From Syntrophorhabdaceae bacterium (GTDB lineage: Bacteria; Desulfobacterota; Syntrophorhabdia; Syntrophorhabdales; Syntrophorhabdaceae): a DNA stretch of 64,000 nucleotides. The DNA is taken from NCBI GenBank assembly GCA_963665295.1, contig OY762209.1:320001-384000 (forward strand). The letters run 5' to 3'. Every line of letters begins with the position of its first letter. Within the stretch, counting starts at the first letter, position 1. The notes beneath the pieces were generated by a model. The model was not told where the DNA came from. It was given only the letters and a program-made list of their open reading frames with translations, and did not search any database. The position numbers and the translations under genes are program-made. Below are positions 28,005 to 37,992 of this stretch, one piece after another.

Positions 28005-28772
28005 ATGGATAACTGGATGAAACTGCTCGGCAGTCACTACCGGCGGGAGCGAACGAGGCGGCCCCGCGACAAGTTGCTCATCGTCTTCGACATCGACGGG
28101 ACCATTCTCGACATGAGGTATATGATCCGCTATGTACTCAAAGAAATTGATAGGAATCACGGAACGGACCATTTCGCCCACCTCGGGATATCCGAGATAG
28201 AGGTCCACGAGGGGGATGTAGACATCTATCTCGACCGCCTCGCCATCACCGGACCCGAGAAGGAGAGGATACTCTCGTCCTATCGGGCAGCCCTCTGGTC
28301 TTCGACTGCGGTAGCGGATGCCCACGAGCCTTTCCAGGGGGTTTTCGACGTGATCCGATGGTTCCAGTTCCAGGAGAACACCTTCGTCGGATTGAACACG
28401 GGCCGTCCCGAGGCCCTCCGTTTCAACACCATTTCATCCCTCAACAGGCTCGGGGAGCGCTATTCGGTGCATTTTTCCCACGACCTGCTCTACATGTTGC
28501 CCGACGACCGGCCGGGCAGCCTGCCGGAGGCAAAGGTGGAGGGGCTCAGGCATTTCCGGAGTATCGGATACCGTCCCATTGCCATGATAGATAACGAACC
28601 GGAGAACCTGGAAGCCATAGCGAGGCATGAAGCGGGGCGGAACATGCTCCTCCTCCACGCCGATACCATATTCAGGTCCAGGCCCATGTTCCCGTCACGA
28701 AAGATCATTCGGGGCGATTCCTATAACGTCGATGAATTTATGGACGGCCACGGTCTCAAACGGTCGGCATAG
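28005..28772 (+). CDS. HAD superfamily hydrolase (putative phosphatase)
   Basis: IVFDIDGTILD motif I, NTGRPE motif II, Lys motif III, IDNEPEN motif IV; SD GGAGG. Confidence 0.82.
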   Translation: MDNWMKLLGSHYRRERTRRPRDKLLIVFDIDGTILDMRYMIRYVLKEIDRNHGTDHFAHLGISEIEVHEGDVDIYLDRLAITGPEKERILSSYRAALWSSTAVADAHEPFQGVFDVIRWFQFQENTFVGLNTGRPEALRFNTISSLNRLGERYSVHFSHDLLYMLPDDRPGSLPEAKVEGLRHFRSIGYRPIAMIDNEPENLEAIARHEAGRNMLLLHADTIFRSRPMFPSRKIIRGDSYNVDEFMDGHGLKRSA

Positions 28773-28862
28773 TCGCCCGCAAGGTCCCGCGACGGGACCT
28801 TGTTTCAGGGGGGGCAGATCAGGGAATCCGGGAAACGGGCTCCGTCCGTCGTGCAAGAAGGG

Positions 28863-30812
28863 TTATGCCGCCATGGAGGCCCTTCTTGCCATGATCTCTT
28901 TTATCTTCCGGGACAGGTCCGCCGCGCTGTAAGGTTTCTGGATTGCATCGATTCCATTATCCCCGGCGAGACCGGGGGTCTCGCCCATGCCGTACCCGGT
29001 CACAAAAAGGGAGGGCACGGACTGATCGATCTTCTTCATCTCCAGGTATGCCTCATAACCACCCATCCTGGGCATAGCCATATCGAGGAGCACGAGGTCT
29101 ATGCTCCCGTGGAGTCTTCTGAACACCTCCACCCCTTCGAGGCCGTCGCAGGCGACGTGAACCTCGTACCCCAGGATACCGAGGAGTTCGGTGGCGGTGC
29201 TTCGGACCTCTTCATCGTCTTCCACGACGAGAAGGGTCCCCTTACCCTCAACGGCCGAACGGCCCTCGAGGTCCTCCCTTTCTTCGGGAGAGACCGCCGT
29301 GGCGGAAGGCAGATAGATATTGAACCGGGCGCCTCTGCCTATGTCCGTTTTCACTGTAATGAAACCGCCATGCCGGCTGACTATACCGTACACCACCGAG
29401 AGCCCGAGGCCGGTTCCGTTTTCCTTTGTCGTAAAAAACGGTTCGAATATCGCGTTCATTACCTCCGCGCTCATTCCGACTCCCGTGTCGGACACGGACA
29501 GAACGACGTAATCGCCCGGTTTCGCGTCGGAATGGCGGTTGCAGTCCTCGCGGTCAAGGGTCGTGGAGGAAAGCTCGATGGTGAGCCGGCCGCCGCCCGG
29601 CATGGCCTCACGGGCATTCACCACGAGATTAAGGAGCACCTGATTGAGCTGCGCCATGTCGGCTTTCACCACGGGAAGCCCCTTGCTCCCGCATATGCTC
29701 ATTTCGATATTTTCGCCTATCACCCTGCGGATCATCTTTTCGAAGTCGTCCACAATGCGGGACAGGTCAACGACCTTGAGGTCAAGGGCCTGCCTTCTGC
29801 TGAAGGCGAGAAGCTGCTTCACGAACCCTGCTGCCCCGGCGACCGCCTTTTTGATGGCCTCGCAACGGTTATGGGCCTTCCTGCTCAGGTTGGACTCCAT
29901 CTGTATCAGTTCGGCGGCGCCGAGGACGACACTAAGCATGTTGTTGAAATCGTGTGCGATGCCGCCCGCAAGCCTCCCCACGGTTTCGAGCTTCTGGGAC
30001 TGGATGAGTTGATGCTCAAGTTCCTTCGCCTGTTTGAGCCGCTCCACCATGTTCTTCATGGCCGAGAGTAGTTGGCCGGTCTCATCGCGGCTTTTCACTT
30101 CTATCTCCACGCCGAGGTCTCCCTCGGCGAGCCTGTTGGCGACTTCCACGCCCTTTTTTATGGGCCCGGTAATGCTCCTCGTGAGCAGGACGGCGGCGGT
30201 AACGGCGAAGAGGACCATGACGACGGCGATGATGATAAAGGATTTCCTCGCGGCGTTATACGTCTCAACCGCCTCGCCGTACCGCGCGTTGCTCTGTCTT
30301 TCCTCAAAGGCCACAAGCTCGGAGCATATCCGGTGAAGGGCCGACACCTCGGTCCGGGCATCGTTGAGGTAGGCCGATGCGGCGCTCCGGCGGAGCCCGC
30401 TCTTCTTGAGGTCGATGGCCACGTTCACGTGGCTCATCGCCCCTGCCAGTTCGGCCTTGAGTCTCTCTATAAGCTCGCCACCTTCCCGGGATTTTTCCAG
30501 TCCCTGGAGGTTCTCAAAGCCATTGTCGCACATGGCCCGCGCCGTCATTATCCTTACAAAATCGAAGTCGTTCCATTCGTCGTCGTGGGTCCGGATCAGG
30601 GTAAGCATGGCTTCGTCGATGGAATGGATTGAGTCGTTTATGGCGTTGGCGTACCATATTTGCCTGTTGTTCTGCTTGATTATGGCATCCATCTTCTCGT
30701 TGATATTCTTCATGCTCAAGGTTCCGAGAAGGATGAGGGTTACCATAGGCACCATTATGAGTCCCAGGCCGAAGCCCATTCGCGTGCCGATCCTGTGCCC
30801 GCCCAATAACAT
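28863..30812 (-). CDS. Membrane hybrid histidine kinase (four-helix-bundle sensor, HAMP, HisKA, HATPase, receiver)
   Basis: Two TMs around a helical periplasmic domain, RDETGQLL HAMP, QSQKLETVGRLAGGIAHDFNN, EPFFTTK, VEDD...DMAMP...KP. Confidence 0.92.
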   Translation of the reverse strand: MLLGGHRIGTRMGFGLGLIMVPMVTLILLGTLSMKNINEKMDAIIKQNNRQIWYANAINDSIHSIDEAMLTLIRTHDDEWNDFDFVRIMTARAMCDNGFENLQGLEKSREGGELIERLKAELAGAMSHVNVAIDLKKSGLRRSAASAYLNDARTEVSALHRICSELVAFEERQSNARYGEAVETYNAARKSFIIIAVVMVLFAVTAAVLLTRSITGPIKKGVEVANRLAEGDLGVEIEVKSRDETGQLLSAMKNMVERLKQAKELEHQLIQSQKLETVGRLAGGIAHDFNNMLSVVLGAAELIQMESNLSRKAHNRCEAIKKAVAGAAGFVKQLLAFSRRQALDLKVVDLSRIVDDFEKMIRRVIGENIEMSICGSKGLPVVKADMAQLNQVLLNLVVNAREAMPGGGRLTIELSSTTLDREDCNRHSDAKPGDYVVLSVSDTGVGMSAEVMNAIFEPFFTTKENGTGLGLSVVYGIVSRHGGFITVKTDIGRGARFNIYLPSATAVSPEEREDLEGRSAVEGKGTLLVVEDDEEVRSTATELLGILGYEVHVACDGLEGVEVFRRLHGSIDLVLLDMAMPRMGGYEAYLEMKKIDQSVPSLFVTGYGMGETPGLAGDNGIDAIQKPYSAADLSRKIKEIMARRASMAA

Positions 30813-30859
30813 TCTTGTCTTTCCTCCGTTCTTACGGTTTTAATCCGGCAGGGTCTTCC

Positions 30860-31930
30860 CTACGGCTTTTTCTTCAACAGCGGGGCCCCGTTGTACGTCA
30901 CCGACTTCAGGATGGATTCGGCCTTCTTCACCACCCCTTTGGGAAGAGGAACGTAGCGAAGGGGTGGTGCGTGCTTCTGCCCTTCATGGGTCACCCAGTA
31001 GAGCATCCTTACCAGTTCCTCCGCAGTCTCCCTGCTTCTGCCGCTGTAGCTCTGTTCCTTGAAGACCACTATCCATGTGAACCCGCTGATGGGATAGCCG
31101 TCCGGCTGAGGAGTATCGGTCAAAGAAGACCCGTTATCCCATGGGGCCGCGCTGCTCGCGGCGGCCGCCACCGTTCCCGGCGAGGGATCGACAAACTTCT
31201 CTGAGCGGTTCTGAACCGACCCGAAGGTCATACCGTTGGCCACCGCATAGGTCAGCTCCACATACCCTATGGCCCCTGTAACCTGCTTCACCATCCCTGC
31301 GAGCCCCGGGTTGCCTTTCGCTCCCTGCCCCACAGGCCAGTGCAGCCGGGATTTTCCGCCTCCCATCGTCTTTCGCCACTGCCCGTCGGTCTTGCTCAGA
31401 AAGTCGGTGAAGATGAACGTGGTGCCGCTTTCGTCGGAGCGGTGGATAATGTTGATCACCAGATCGGGCAGCCTTATTCCCGGGTTGACCGCTGTCAGCT
31501 TCGGGTCGTTCCATTTCGAAATATTTCCCAGGAATATGTCGGTGAGGATACCGGAGGTGAACCTGATCTTAGGATTGTCCGGCAGGTTATAGATGATTGC
31601 CACGGCGCCCAGGCACGTGGGGACCCGGACCAGGGGCGCGGTCGCGGACCCGTCCTCGGTCCCCTGCCCTGTCACTCCGATATCGCTTCCCGCAAAATCG
31701 GTCTTCTTCGCCATGAGGCTCCTTATCCCCGCACCTGATCCCACGCCCTGATAATTTACCTTCCACCCGTGCTGCCGGTAGTACACGTCGAATATCTTGT
31801 GGTAAAACGGCTCGGGAAAGGTAGCGCCCGCGCCCTCGATCTGTCTGTCCGCGCCGCACGCCAGGCAGGCCGACAGACAGATGCCGGCAATAACAGCAAA
31901 GATGCTCATCCCCTTCACTATATGCAGCAT
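30860..31930 (-). CDS. pstS: Phosphate ABC transporter substrate-binding protein, second paralog
   Basis: GAGATFP, NYQGVGSGAG, FAGSD, HRSDESGTT, GAIGYVE, YPISGFTW; signal peptide. Confidence 0.92.
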   Translation of the reverse strand: MLHIVKGMSIFAVIAGICLSACLACGADRQIEGAGATFPEPFYHKIFDVYYRQHGWKVNYQGVGSGAGIRSLMAKKTDFAGSDIGVTGQGTEDGSATAPLVRVPTCLGAVAIIYNLPDNPKIRFTSGILTDIFLGNISKWNDPKLTAVNPGIRLPDLVINIIHRSDESGTTFIFTDFLSKTDGQWRKTMGGGKSRLHWPVGQGAKGNPGLAGMVKQVTGAIGYVELTYAVANGMTFGSVQNRSEKFVDPSPGTVAAAASSAAPWDNGSSLTDTPQPDGYPISGFTWIVVFKEQSYSGRSRETAEELVRMLYWVTHEGQKHAPPLRYVPLPKGVVKKAESILKSVTYNGAPLLKKKP

Positions 31931-31990
31931 TTTCAAACCTCCGTCCCCTGCGGTCGTCCACGGCAGGGCACCTATATGATGCTGGCCGTC

Positions 31991-32029
31991 TGTTAATTGT
32001 TGATAACCGAATGATTAGTTTTCCGTTAA
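31991..32029 (-). promoter_or_regulatory. Candidate Pho box upstream of second pstS
   Basis: Minus strand TTAACG-N5-CTAATC-N5-GTTATC-N5-TTAACA. Confidence 0.65.
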
Positions 32030-32074
32030 TTCTCCGGGAAAGGCGGGGTTTTGTCCCTCGTTGCGTGTTTGCCC

Positions 32075-33052
32075 TCAGGCGGCAAGGTCCTTGCTGCCGT
32101 CATGATAGTCGAAAAACCTTTCCACCCCTGATTCCCCCATGATGCGCCGCAATGCATTGCGGTTGAATTTCGTCAGATCCAGCAGGATCAGTCCGCAGTG
32201 GGCGGCCTCACGTGAAGGGTCCGGGCCAAAGCCTATGAGTGTGCCCCCAAGCTTTATGCAATGTCTCAAATCGGGCGGGACTCCTTTGCCGTCGGCCTCT
32301 ATTTCGGATATCAGCCTCGAGAGAAGGCTTACGTCCTTGAATCGGGTTTTCGAGGTTCTCATTCCCATACCCGGTTCGGCGTGCCCCACCTCGGCGACGG
32401 ACCCGTCAGGCCCTGCCGTCCTCAAGATGCAGTTGTTCCTCTTGAGAAAGGAAACCATGAGCTGCCGCGATATGGGACGGTATTCGAAACCCGTGGAAGT
32501 CGGGCTTATGAGGGCCTTGTAACGGGGGTTATAGGAAATAAAACGGCCGACCCCTCTCCACAACAAAGATGCAGGCGAACGGCGTCCCCGCCATTCTCTT
32601 CTCACAAAGACCTTACCGATCTCCAGGGCAGGTCCTATCTGGTGAAGGAAAAGGGGCGAATAACGAAACATGGCACCCGTAAAGAGACCGCTCAGGCCGA
32701 ACCTCTTCAGGATAATATCGGCCTGACCTATACGGCAGCCGCCCACTATCTCTCTTCCCTTCTTGCTCCAGATCACGAAATGGATATAGTAGAGATCGAA
32801 ATGGTCGATACCGGACGTCTTCCCCCTGTCTTCCCTTTTCCCGGTAAAGGTCTTCTCTCTCAGACGGCCGAGTTCGTGGAGCGTGTAAGGTATCTGGTCG
32901 GCCCTCGCCTTCAGCACGATATATTCATCATTTTCAGCCATTACGTTTATGTGCTCCCCGGACAACCGCCCCATCTCACTTCCGATCAGGTTGCCGCGGA
33001 CAGGCCGAACCGCGCACCCGGGCATCCTTCCAATCCTATCTTTGTGAACCAT
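32075..33052 (-). CDS. GNAT N-acyltransferase of the OlsB/OlsF (ornithine-lipid-type) family, divergent
   Basis: ELGRLREKTF, DHFDLYY, IVGGCRIG, ALEIGKVFV, LLWRGV, GVP..LR..IKLGG; SD GGAGG before ATG 33052. Confidence 0.72.
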   Translation of the reverse strand: MVHKDRIGRMPGCAVRPVRGNLIGSEMGRLSGEHINVMAENDEYIVLKARADQIPYTLHELGRLREKTFTGKREDRGKTSGIDHFDLYYIHFVIWSKKGREIVGGCRIGQADIILKRFGLSGLFTGAMFRYSPLFLHQIGPALEIGKVFVRREWRGRRSPASLLWRGVGRFISYNPRYKALISPTSTGFEYRPISRQLMVSFLKRNNCILRTAGPDGSVAEVGHAEPGMGMRTSKTRFKDVSLLSRLISEIEADGKGVPPDLRHCIKLGGTLIGFGPDPSREAAHCGLILLDLTKFNRNALRRIMGESGVERFFDYHDGSKDLAA

Positions 33053-33128
33053 GGCCGCCTCCTGTTCCTGTTTTGGGCGCCTCCCTTCCGGAGCGCACCC
33101 TCTCATATCCTGAAGGATACACAGCAAA

Positions 33129-33167
33129 TGTTAATATCCGATAAAGGCCGTGCAAGTAATGGGTTAA
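33129..33167 (-). promoter_or_regulatory. Weak candidate Pho box upstream of GNAT gene
   Basis: Minus strand TTAACC-N5-CTTGCA-N5-TTTATC-N5-TTAACA (11-bp phase kept, inner units degenerate). Confidence 0.4.
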
Positions 33168-33207
33168 ATAGTGTCCCGGAAGGGGTTTTCCGACGGGTCC
33201 CCGAAAA

Positions 33208-33235
33208 TTAACGATTAATTAATCCGTCCTTAACG
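33208..33235 (+). promoter_or_regulatory. Candidate Pho box upstream of MCP
   Basis: TTAACG-N5-TTAATC-N5-TTAACG. Confidence 0.65.
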
Positions 33236-33331
33236 AGATATTCCATATGGCGGTGGTAGATATAGCGAACAGGCCGGCGGACGCTGAAAAGATGTCTTTC
33301 GCCCTGAAACCCGACCTTCAGTGGAGAGATT

Positions 33332-35905
33332 ATGACAATCAAAAGAAGGCTGCTCCTTAATATGGGCGTCACTATTATCGGAATCGCCGCCATCGGCGCG
33401 GTAAGCGTTCTGGGGCTGAACACTTTGAAAGAAAAGATACGGACCCTTACGGGAAAATCGACCCCGTTTCAGATAAAGACCCTGGAGCTTACCAAACAGC
33501 TCCAGGAACATGCGGTCAACCTCTTCGCCGTGTCGTCCGCCGGCACGCACGAGCAACTGGAGGTTGCGGCACGCGACGCGGAACAGACATTGAAGAAGGT
33601 GGGCGCCGCATCGAAGGAACTCACGTCCCTCATGGGGGAGAAGGGGAATGGCGCGTCATCCGTCCTGCCGGAGGTCACCGGCCTCACCGGGGATATGATC
33701 AGGACCGCGAGAGAGCGGATACGGACGGAAAACGAGGCGTCCGGAGCCATTTCCGCGTCGAGGGCGAAGCTCACCGACGCCTTGCAGAGGCTCGCCAACC
33801 TCCAGCAATCCATGAAGGCCCTCCAGACCGCCGCCGTGGTGAATCTCACGCGGTCAAGCAGGAACTCGAAACAGATAACGGGCGAGCTTGGCGACGTTCA
33901 GAAGATCAAGGACGGGACCCAGGAGCTTCAGATGGCCCTCACCGAAATCTATTCCGCACCGACGGATTCGGTGGTCAATGCCGCCAAGGGCAGAATACGG
34001 TTTGCACTGCAGGGTATTTCCCAGGCGGCAAAGGACCACAAACCTATCGCGGACCTTGCGGGCGAATTCGGGAAGATGACCCTCGACCAAAAAGGTCTGG
34101 CGGACATGAAGGAAGCGCTCCTCGGGACGCCCCGGGGGCCGAAGCTTGAAGATAGTTTCAGGACTGCCTACCAACGGTGCAAGAACACCATGGACAATCT
34201 GGTCATGGCGGTCAACGAAGCCCTCGACGGCACATCCCTGTCGTATCAGGCTGAAAACATCGCCCTGGACGGGACCATAAAGGCGTCGGAGGGGGTCCAT
34301 CAGATCATGGTCCTCAACAATGAAATGGTGAATACGGGGTTTGCAATTCAGAACATGGTGAATGTCCTCTTTGCCTCGAAGAGCGTCGGTGAACTTGACG
34401 CGGCGAGAAACATGCTTGTCGATAAATTCAAGGTTGCCCGGCAACTTTCCGGCAGGATAGACCGTTCCCTTTCCGCCGCGGGCAAGAAGGAGGAATGCCT
34501 GCTCATACGGCAGGTCTCTTCCTCGTTCAAGGAGATCGAAGCCGCCCTTACCGCCCGCAGCGGGGTCACGGACACGCTGAAACGCACCATGGAAGCCCAA
34601 ATCCTTTCAACGATTATGAACACCAAGCTCGGCAAGACGATCCGGGACCAGAAAGAGAAGGGCGGAAAGACCATAACCGCGGCCTATGAGGAACAGGCCG
34701 TAGCGGTGAAAACCGTGAACTTTGTGGTAAATTCCGTAACAGTGCTCGTCCTCGCCATGGGCCTTGCCGTACTCATAATGGGCGTGGTCTTCAGCAAGAT
34801 CACGGAGCGTTCCATAATGAGGCCCGTGGAATCCCTCGTTGACCTTGCCGAAAGGTTCGGAAGGGGCGATTTCTCCGCGAAGATCGACGGTTCGAAAAAC
34901 GACGAATTCGGCAGGGTGGCTGTCGGCTTTAACAGTGCCTCTTCGAAGATACGAGAGATGGCGGCGAATATGTCCTCCCTGTCCGAGGGTCTTGCCATGA
35001 GCTCGAAGCATCTCATATCCTCCGCGGAGAACCTCAGCCATAGCGCCGGCAGACAAGAGGAGGGGACTGAGCGGTCTGTCTCCGCCATTGCGGAGATGTC
35101 GCACACCAATGCGGAGACGGCGAGGAACACGGGCGAGTCGGCAGTCCGTGCGGTAGAGATGAAAAACCTTGCCCTCGACGGCAAAAACCTGCTCGGCCTC
35201 ACCTCCGGAGAGCTTGTGGAGTTTGCGAATATTACGGCCCTTTTCGGCAAGAGGATGGATGATCTCTCCATCAAATCCCATAATGTGCGGGGGATCTCGG
35301 ATATGATCCAGGATATCGCGGAACAGACCAATCTGCTTGCCCTTAACGCGGCCATCGAGGCGGCGAGGGCGGGCGACGCGGGCAGGGGCTTTGCCGTGGT
35401 GGCCGATAACGTGCGCTCCCTCTCCGAAAAGGTGTCCTCATCTGCAAAGAAGATAGACGCCCTTACCGACGCCATGTTCTCTGAGCTCAAGGCATCAGTG
35501 AAGTCCATGGACGACCAGAAGGCGGCCATCGGGCGCGTTCTCGCCCGGATAAAGGATACGGGGACCGCCATGGACGGCATCGTTCAATCCGTGGAGCAGG
35601 TGTCGGGCATGGTCGAGGCCGCCGCAATCGCCACCGGGCAACACGCGCTTACATCCCGGGATATTTCCGAGACCATGGAAAGGATGTCCCTGACCACGAA
35701 AGACCTCATGGGGTCCATACAGGAAATAGAAGACCAGGCAAAAGGCCTTGCGGCAATGGCCATGGACCTGGACGGCAAAGTCAGGTGGTTCGGAACCGAT
35801 GATGAAGGGGATCACCCTATCCCGCGGTATCCCCGTGAACCCTTCGAAGCCTGCCTTCCCACGAGAACGCTACGCGAAGACCTGAGCCCGGCCGGACCAG
35901 GTTAA
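33332..35905 (+). CDS. Methyl-accepting chemotaxis protein with large helical periplasmic domain
   Basis: Two TMs, HAMP (NDEFGRV), [30 protein letters not shown]. Confidence 0.93.
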   Translation: MTIKRRLLLNMGVTIIGIAAIGAVSVLGLNTLKEKIRTLTGKSTPFQIKTLELTKQLQEHAVNLFAVSSAGTHEQLEVAARDAEQTLKKVGAASKELTSLMGEKGNGASSVLPEVTGLTGDMIRTARERIRTENEASGAISASRAKLTDALQRLANLQQSMKALQTAAVVNLTRSSRNSKQITGELGDVQKIKDGTQELQMALTEIYSAPTDSVVNAAKGRIRFALQGISQAAKDHKPIADLAGEFGKMTLDQKGLADMKEALLGTPRGPKLEDSFRTAYQRCKNTMDNLVMAVNEALDGTSLSYQAENIALDGTIKASEGVHQIMVLNNEMVNTGFAIQNMVNVLFASKSVGELDAARNMLVDKFKVARQLSGRIDRSLSAAGKKEECLLIRQVSSSFKEIEAALTARSGVTDTLKRTMEAQILSTIMNTKLGKTIRDQKEKGGKTITAAYEEQAVAVKTVNFVVNSVTVLVLAMGLAVLIMGVVFSKITERSIMRPVESLVDLAERFGRGDFSAKIDGSKNDEFGRVAVGFNSASSKIREMAANMSSLSEGLAMSSKHLISSAENLSHSAGRQEEGTERSVSAIAEMSHTNAETARNTGESAVRAVEMKNLALDGKNLLGLTSGELVEFANITALFGKRMDDLSIKSHNVRGISDMIQDIAEQTNLLALNAAIEAARAGDAGRGFAVVADNVRSLSEKVSSSAKKIDALTDAMFSELKASVKSMDDQKAAIGRVLARIKDTGTAMDGIVQSVEQVSGMVEAAAIATGQHALTSRDISETMERMSLTTKDLMGSIQEIEDQAKGLAAMAMDLDGKVRWFGTDDEGDHPIPRYPREPFEACLPTRTLREDLSPAGPG

Positions 35906-35907
35906 CC

Positions 35908-37755
35908 TCATGCCGCGGGGCCGGAGATGTAGTCCGCGTCGCCGTCGGCAACGGGGGCGTGTGCCCGGGAGAGGGAGAGCACGGAGCTTTCGGTCCGGGG
36001 CATGAGGTTCTCGAAGGCGATCTTGTCGGGGGCGCTCTTGGCCCTGTGCTTGAGTGTCGCTATGGTCTGGGCTATGTCCTCCAGCGTGAGGTCGAATGTC
36101 CCTTCGCACAGGAAAAGGACGGCGGCGCTCACCGTGAGCAGGGGCACCCGGACCATTTCACCTTCCCTGTTCTTTGCAACTATATGACCGGCCCTCTTCG
36201 CTCCGTCGTCATAGAGGTTGACGGCGTCCTCCCGGAACTTTTCCACTATCTTCCCGACCACGCTCATGTATGAGTCGCCGTCTCTCCCGCAGGCCGCGGA
36301 GGCGAAGAAATCATCCCCGCCGATGTGGCCCACGAACATCTGGTGCATGTGGGAGACCTCTTTCAGAATGTCGGCGAAGAGCAGTATAGCCCTGTCCCCT
36401 CTCCTGAACCCGTATACGTCGTTAAAGGGCTTGAAGTTGTCGAAGTCGAAATAGACGAACATGTACCCCTTTTCCTTGCTTTCCAGGGCCTGGGCAATAT
36501 GGCTGTTGATGATCGTGTTGCCGGGGAGCTTCGTGAGGGGGTTCTGGTCCCGGGCGATGGTAAGGTTCTTTTCATTGAGTACGTTGAGAAGGGCGAGCAT
36601 GCTGAGATAACCTATGTATCTGCCGTTTTCCGTGACGATAATCGCTTCGCAGTTCTTGTTCATGGTACAGATCTCGAGGATCTTTTCCACTTCCGTGGTA
36701 ATTTCGGCCACCGGCATCTTGGTGAGGAAATTAAGGAGGGTCATTCCGAGCCGCTGGTTCTTGAGCAGGTCCTTTCCGTAAGGGGAGTACACGTATTCCT
36801 TGAGGTCCTTTTCACTCACGATCCCCAGGGGTTCGTGGTTGCTGTTCACCACGGGAAGGTACGTCACGGACTTGTGGGTCCGGAAGACTTCAAAGAGGTG
36901 CGGGATGGAATGCTCGGGGTAGCGGATAGGCTCCATGTATTCCATCCGGCTGTAGATGAGCCTCTCGTCGGAAGACGTCTTCCTGCGGTTCTTCCGGTTG
37001 AAGGCTGCGACGGCTTCGTATTTGTATTCCAGTTCCGACACCTGCCGGGTGGGCCTCTGAACGAGAAAACCCTGCACGAAGTCACAGCCCATGTCATGGC
37101 AGACATAGAACTCCTTTTCCGTCTCCACTCCTTCGGCAATAACCTGGATGCCCAGCACATGGGCAAGCTTTATTACGTTGGAGACGAAGAGCCTCTTTTT
37201 CGGGTCGTTTTCGATTTCGGCAATAAAGAACCTGTCTATTTTAATGAAATCGGGCTCCGAATGATAGAGCAGCCTGAGACCGGAGAAGCCCGTCCCGAAG
37301 TCGTCTATCGCTATCTTGTATGCCTGCTGCTTATAGGCGTTGAAGGTGTCGGTAGTCTCCCGGCAGAACACGAGTTCGTGTTTTTCCGATATCTCGAAAC
37401 AGACCGAGCTCCGGCTCAGGCCGTAGCCTTCCAGCAATTCCGAGGTGGCCCCGGGACTGTAGTCCGGTGTCAGAAGGACCCTGTTATCCACGTTGTAAAA
37501 GAGTTTCACTTTGTTTTGAAAGGCGATGGCGGCAAACTTCCTTATGGCCCGGTCCCTCAGGAGCAGGTCAACGCCGAAGAGACATTCCTCGTCGTAGGCG
37601 GCGTCGAAGAGGTCTTCTATGGTTTCAAACCCGGCCGATTCGTGCCCCCTCATGAGGGCCTCGACCCCGTAGCAGATACCAGTGTGAATGTTGATAATCG
37701 GTTGAAACGCATAGTCGATGCATTCCGCGTATTCGGTCCATTTCCGGTCGATCAT
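35908..37755 (-). CDS. EAL-CBS-GGDEF c-di-GMP metabolism protein
   Basis: AFQPI, EALMRG, IAIDDFGTGFSGL, FIKIDR, IAEGVET; CBS-like pair; NPLTKLPGN, DFDNFKPFND.YG, GGDDF; start uncertain (37755 or 37815). Confidence 0.92.
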   Translation of the reverse strand: MIDRKWTEYAECIDYAFQPIINIHTGICYGVEALMRGHESAGFETIEDLFDAAYDEECLFGVDLLLRDRAIRKFAAIAFQNKVKLFYNVDNRVLLTPDYSPGATSELLEGYGLSRSSVCFEISEKHELVFCRETTDTFNAYKQQAYKIAIDDFGTGFSGLRLLYHSEPDFIKIDRFFIAEIENDPKKRLFVSNVIKLAHVLGIQVIAEGVETEKEFYVCHDMGCDFVQGFLVQRPTRQVSELEYKYEAVAAFNRKNRRKTSSDERLIYSRMEYMEPIRYPEHSIPHLFEVFRTHKSVTYLPVVNSNHEPLGIVSEKDLKEYVYSPYGKDLLKNQRLGMTLLNFLTKMPVAEITTEVEKILEICTMNKNCEAIIVTENGRYIGYLSMLALLNVLNEKNLTIARDQNPLTKLPGNTIINSHIAQALESKEKGYMFVYFDFDNFKPFNDVYGFRRGDRAILLFADILKEVSHMHQMFVGHIGGDDFFASAACGRDGDSYMSVVGKIVEKFREDAVNLYDDGAKRAGHIVAKNREGEMVRVPLLTVSAAVLFLCEGTFDLTLEDIAQTIATLKHRAKSAPDKIAFENLMPRTESSVLSLSRAHAPVADGDADYISGPAA

Positions 37756-37824
37756 TATCCTACCCCCAGGCCGGTCGAGTTCCGGCTTTCCGCTCATCTT
37801 AATCGGATGAAACATTTAGGAATT

Positions 37825-37852
37825 GGTTAAGGCAATATTAAGTTTTGGTTAA
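37825..37852 (-). promoter_or_regulatory. Candidate Pho box between EAL/GGDEF gene and phoB
   Basis: Minus strand TTAACC-N5-TTAATA-N5-TTAACC. Confidence 0.65.
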
Positions 37853-37992
37853 TTATTTCATCTCAAATAGTTACGCATCCTTTTTGTATTGACTTTTGAA
37901 CGGACTTGCCTGCAAATTACAGAAAAAGCGTGGTTATTTTCCACCATGACCATGGTTTGCGATCACGAAGCAACAGGAAGAGCGGAGGATGC

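Noticed and set aside
21226..37830. Long antisense ORFs (e.g. 21226-22761, 28800-30071, 36325-37830)
   Set aside because: Fully overlap well-supported genes on the other strand; expected in GC-rich DNA; no protein motifs
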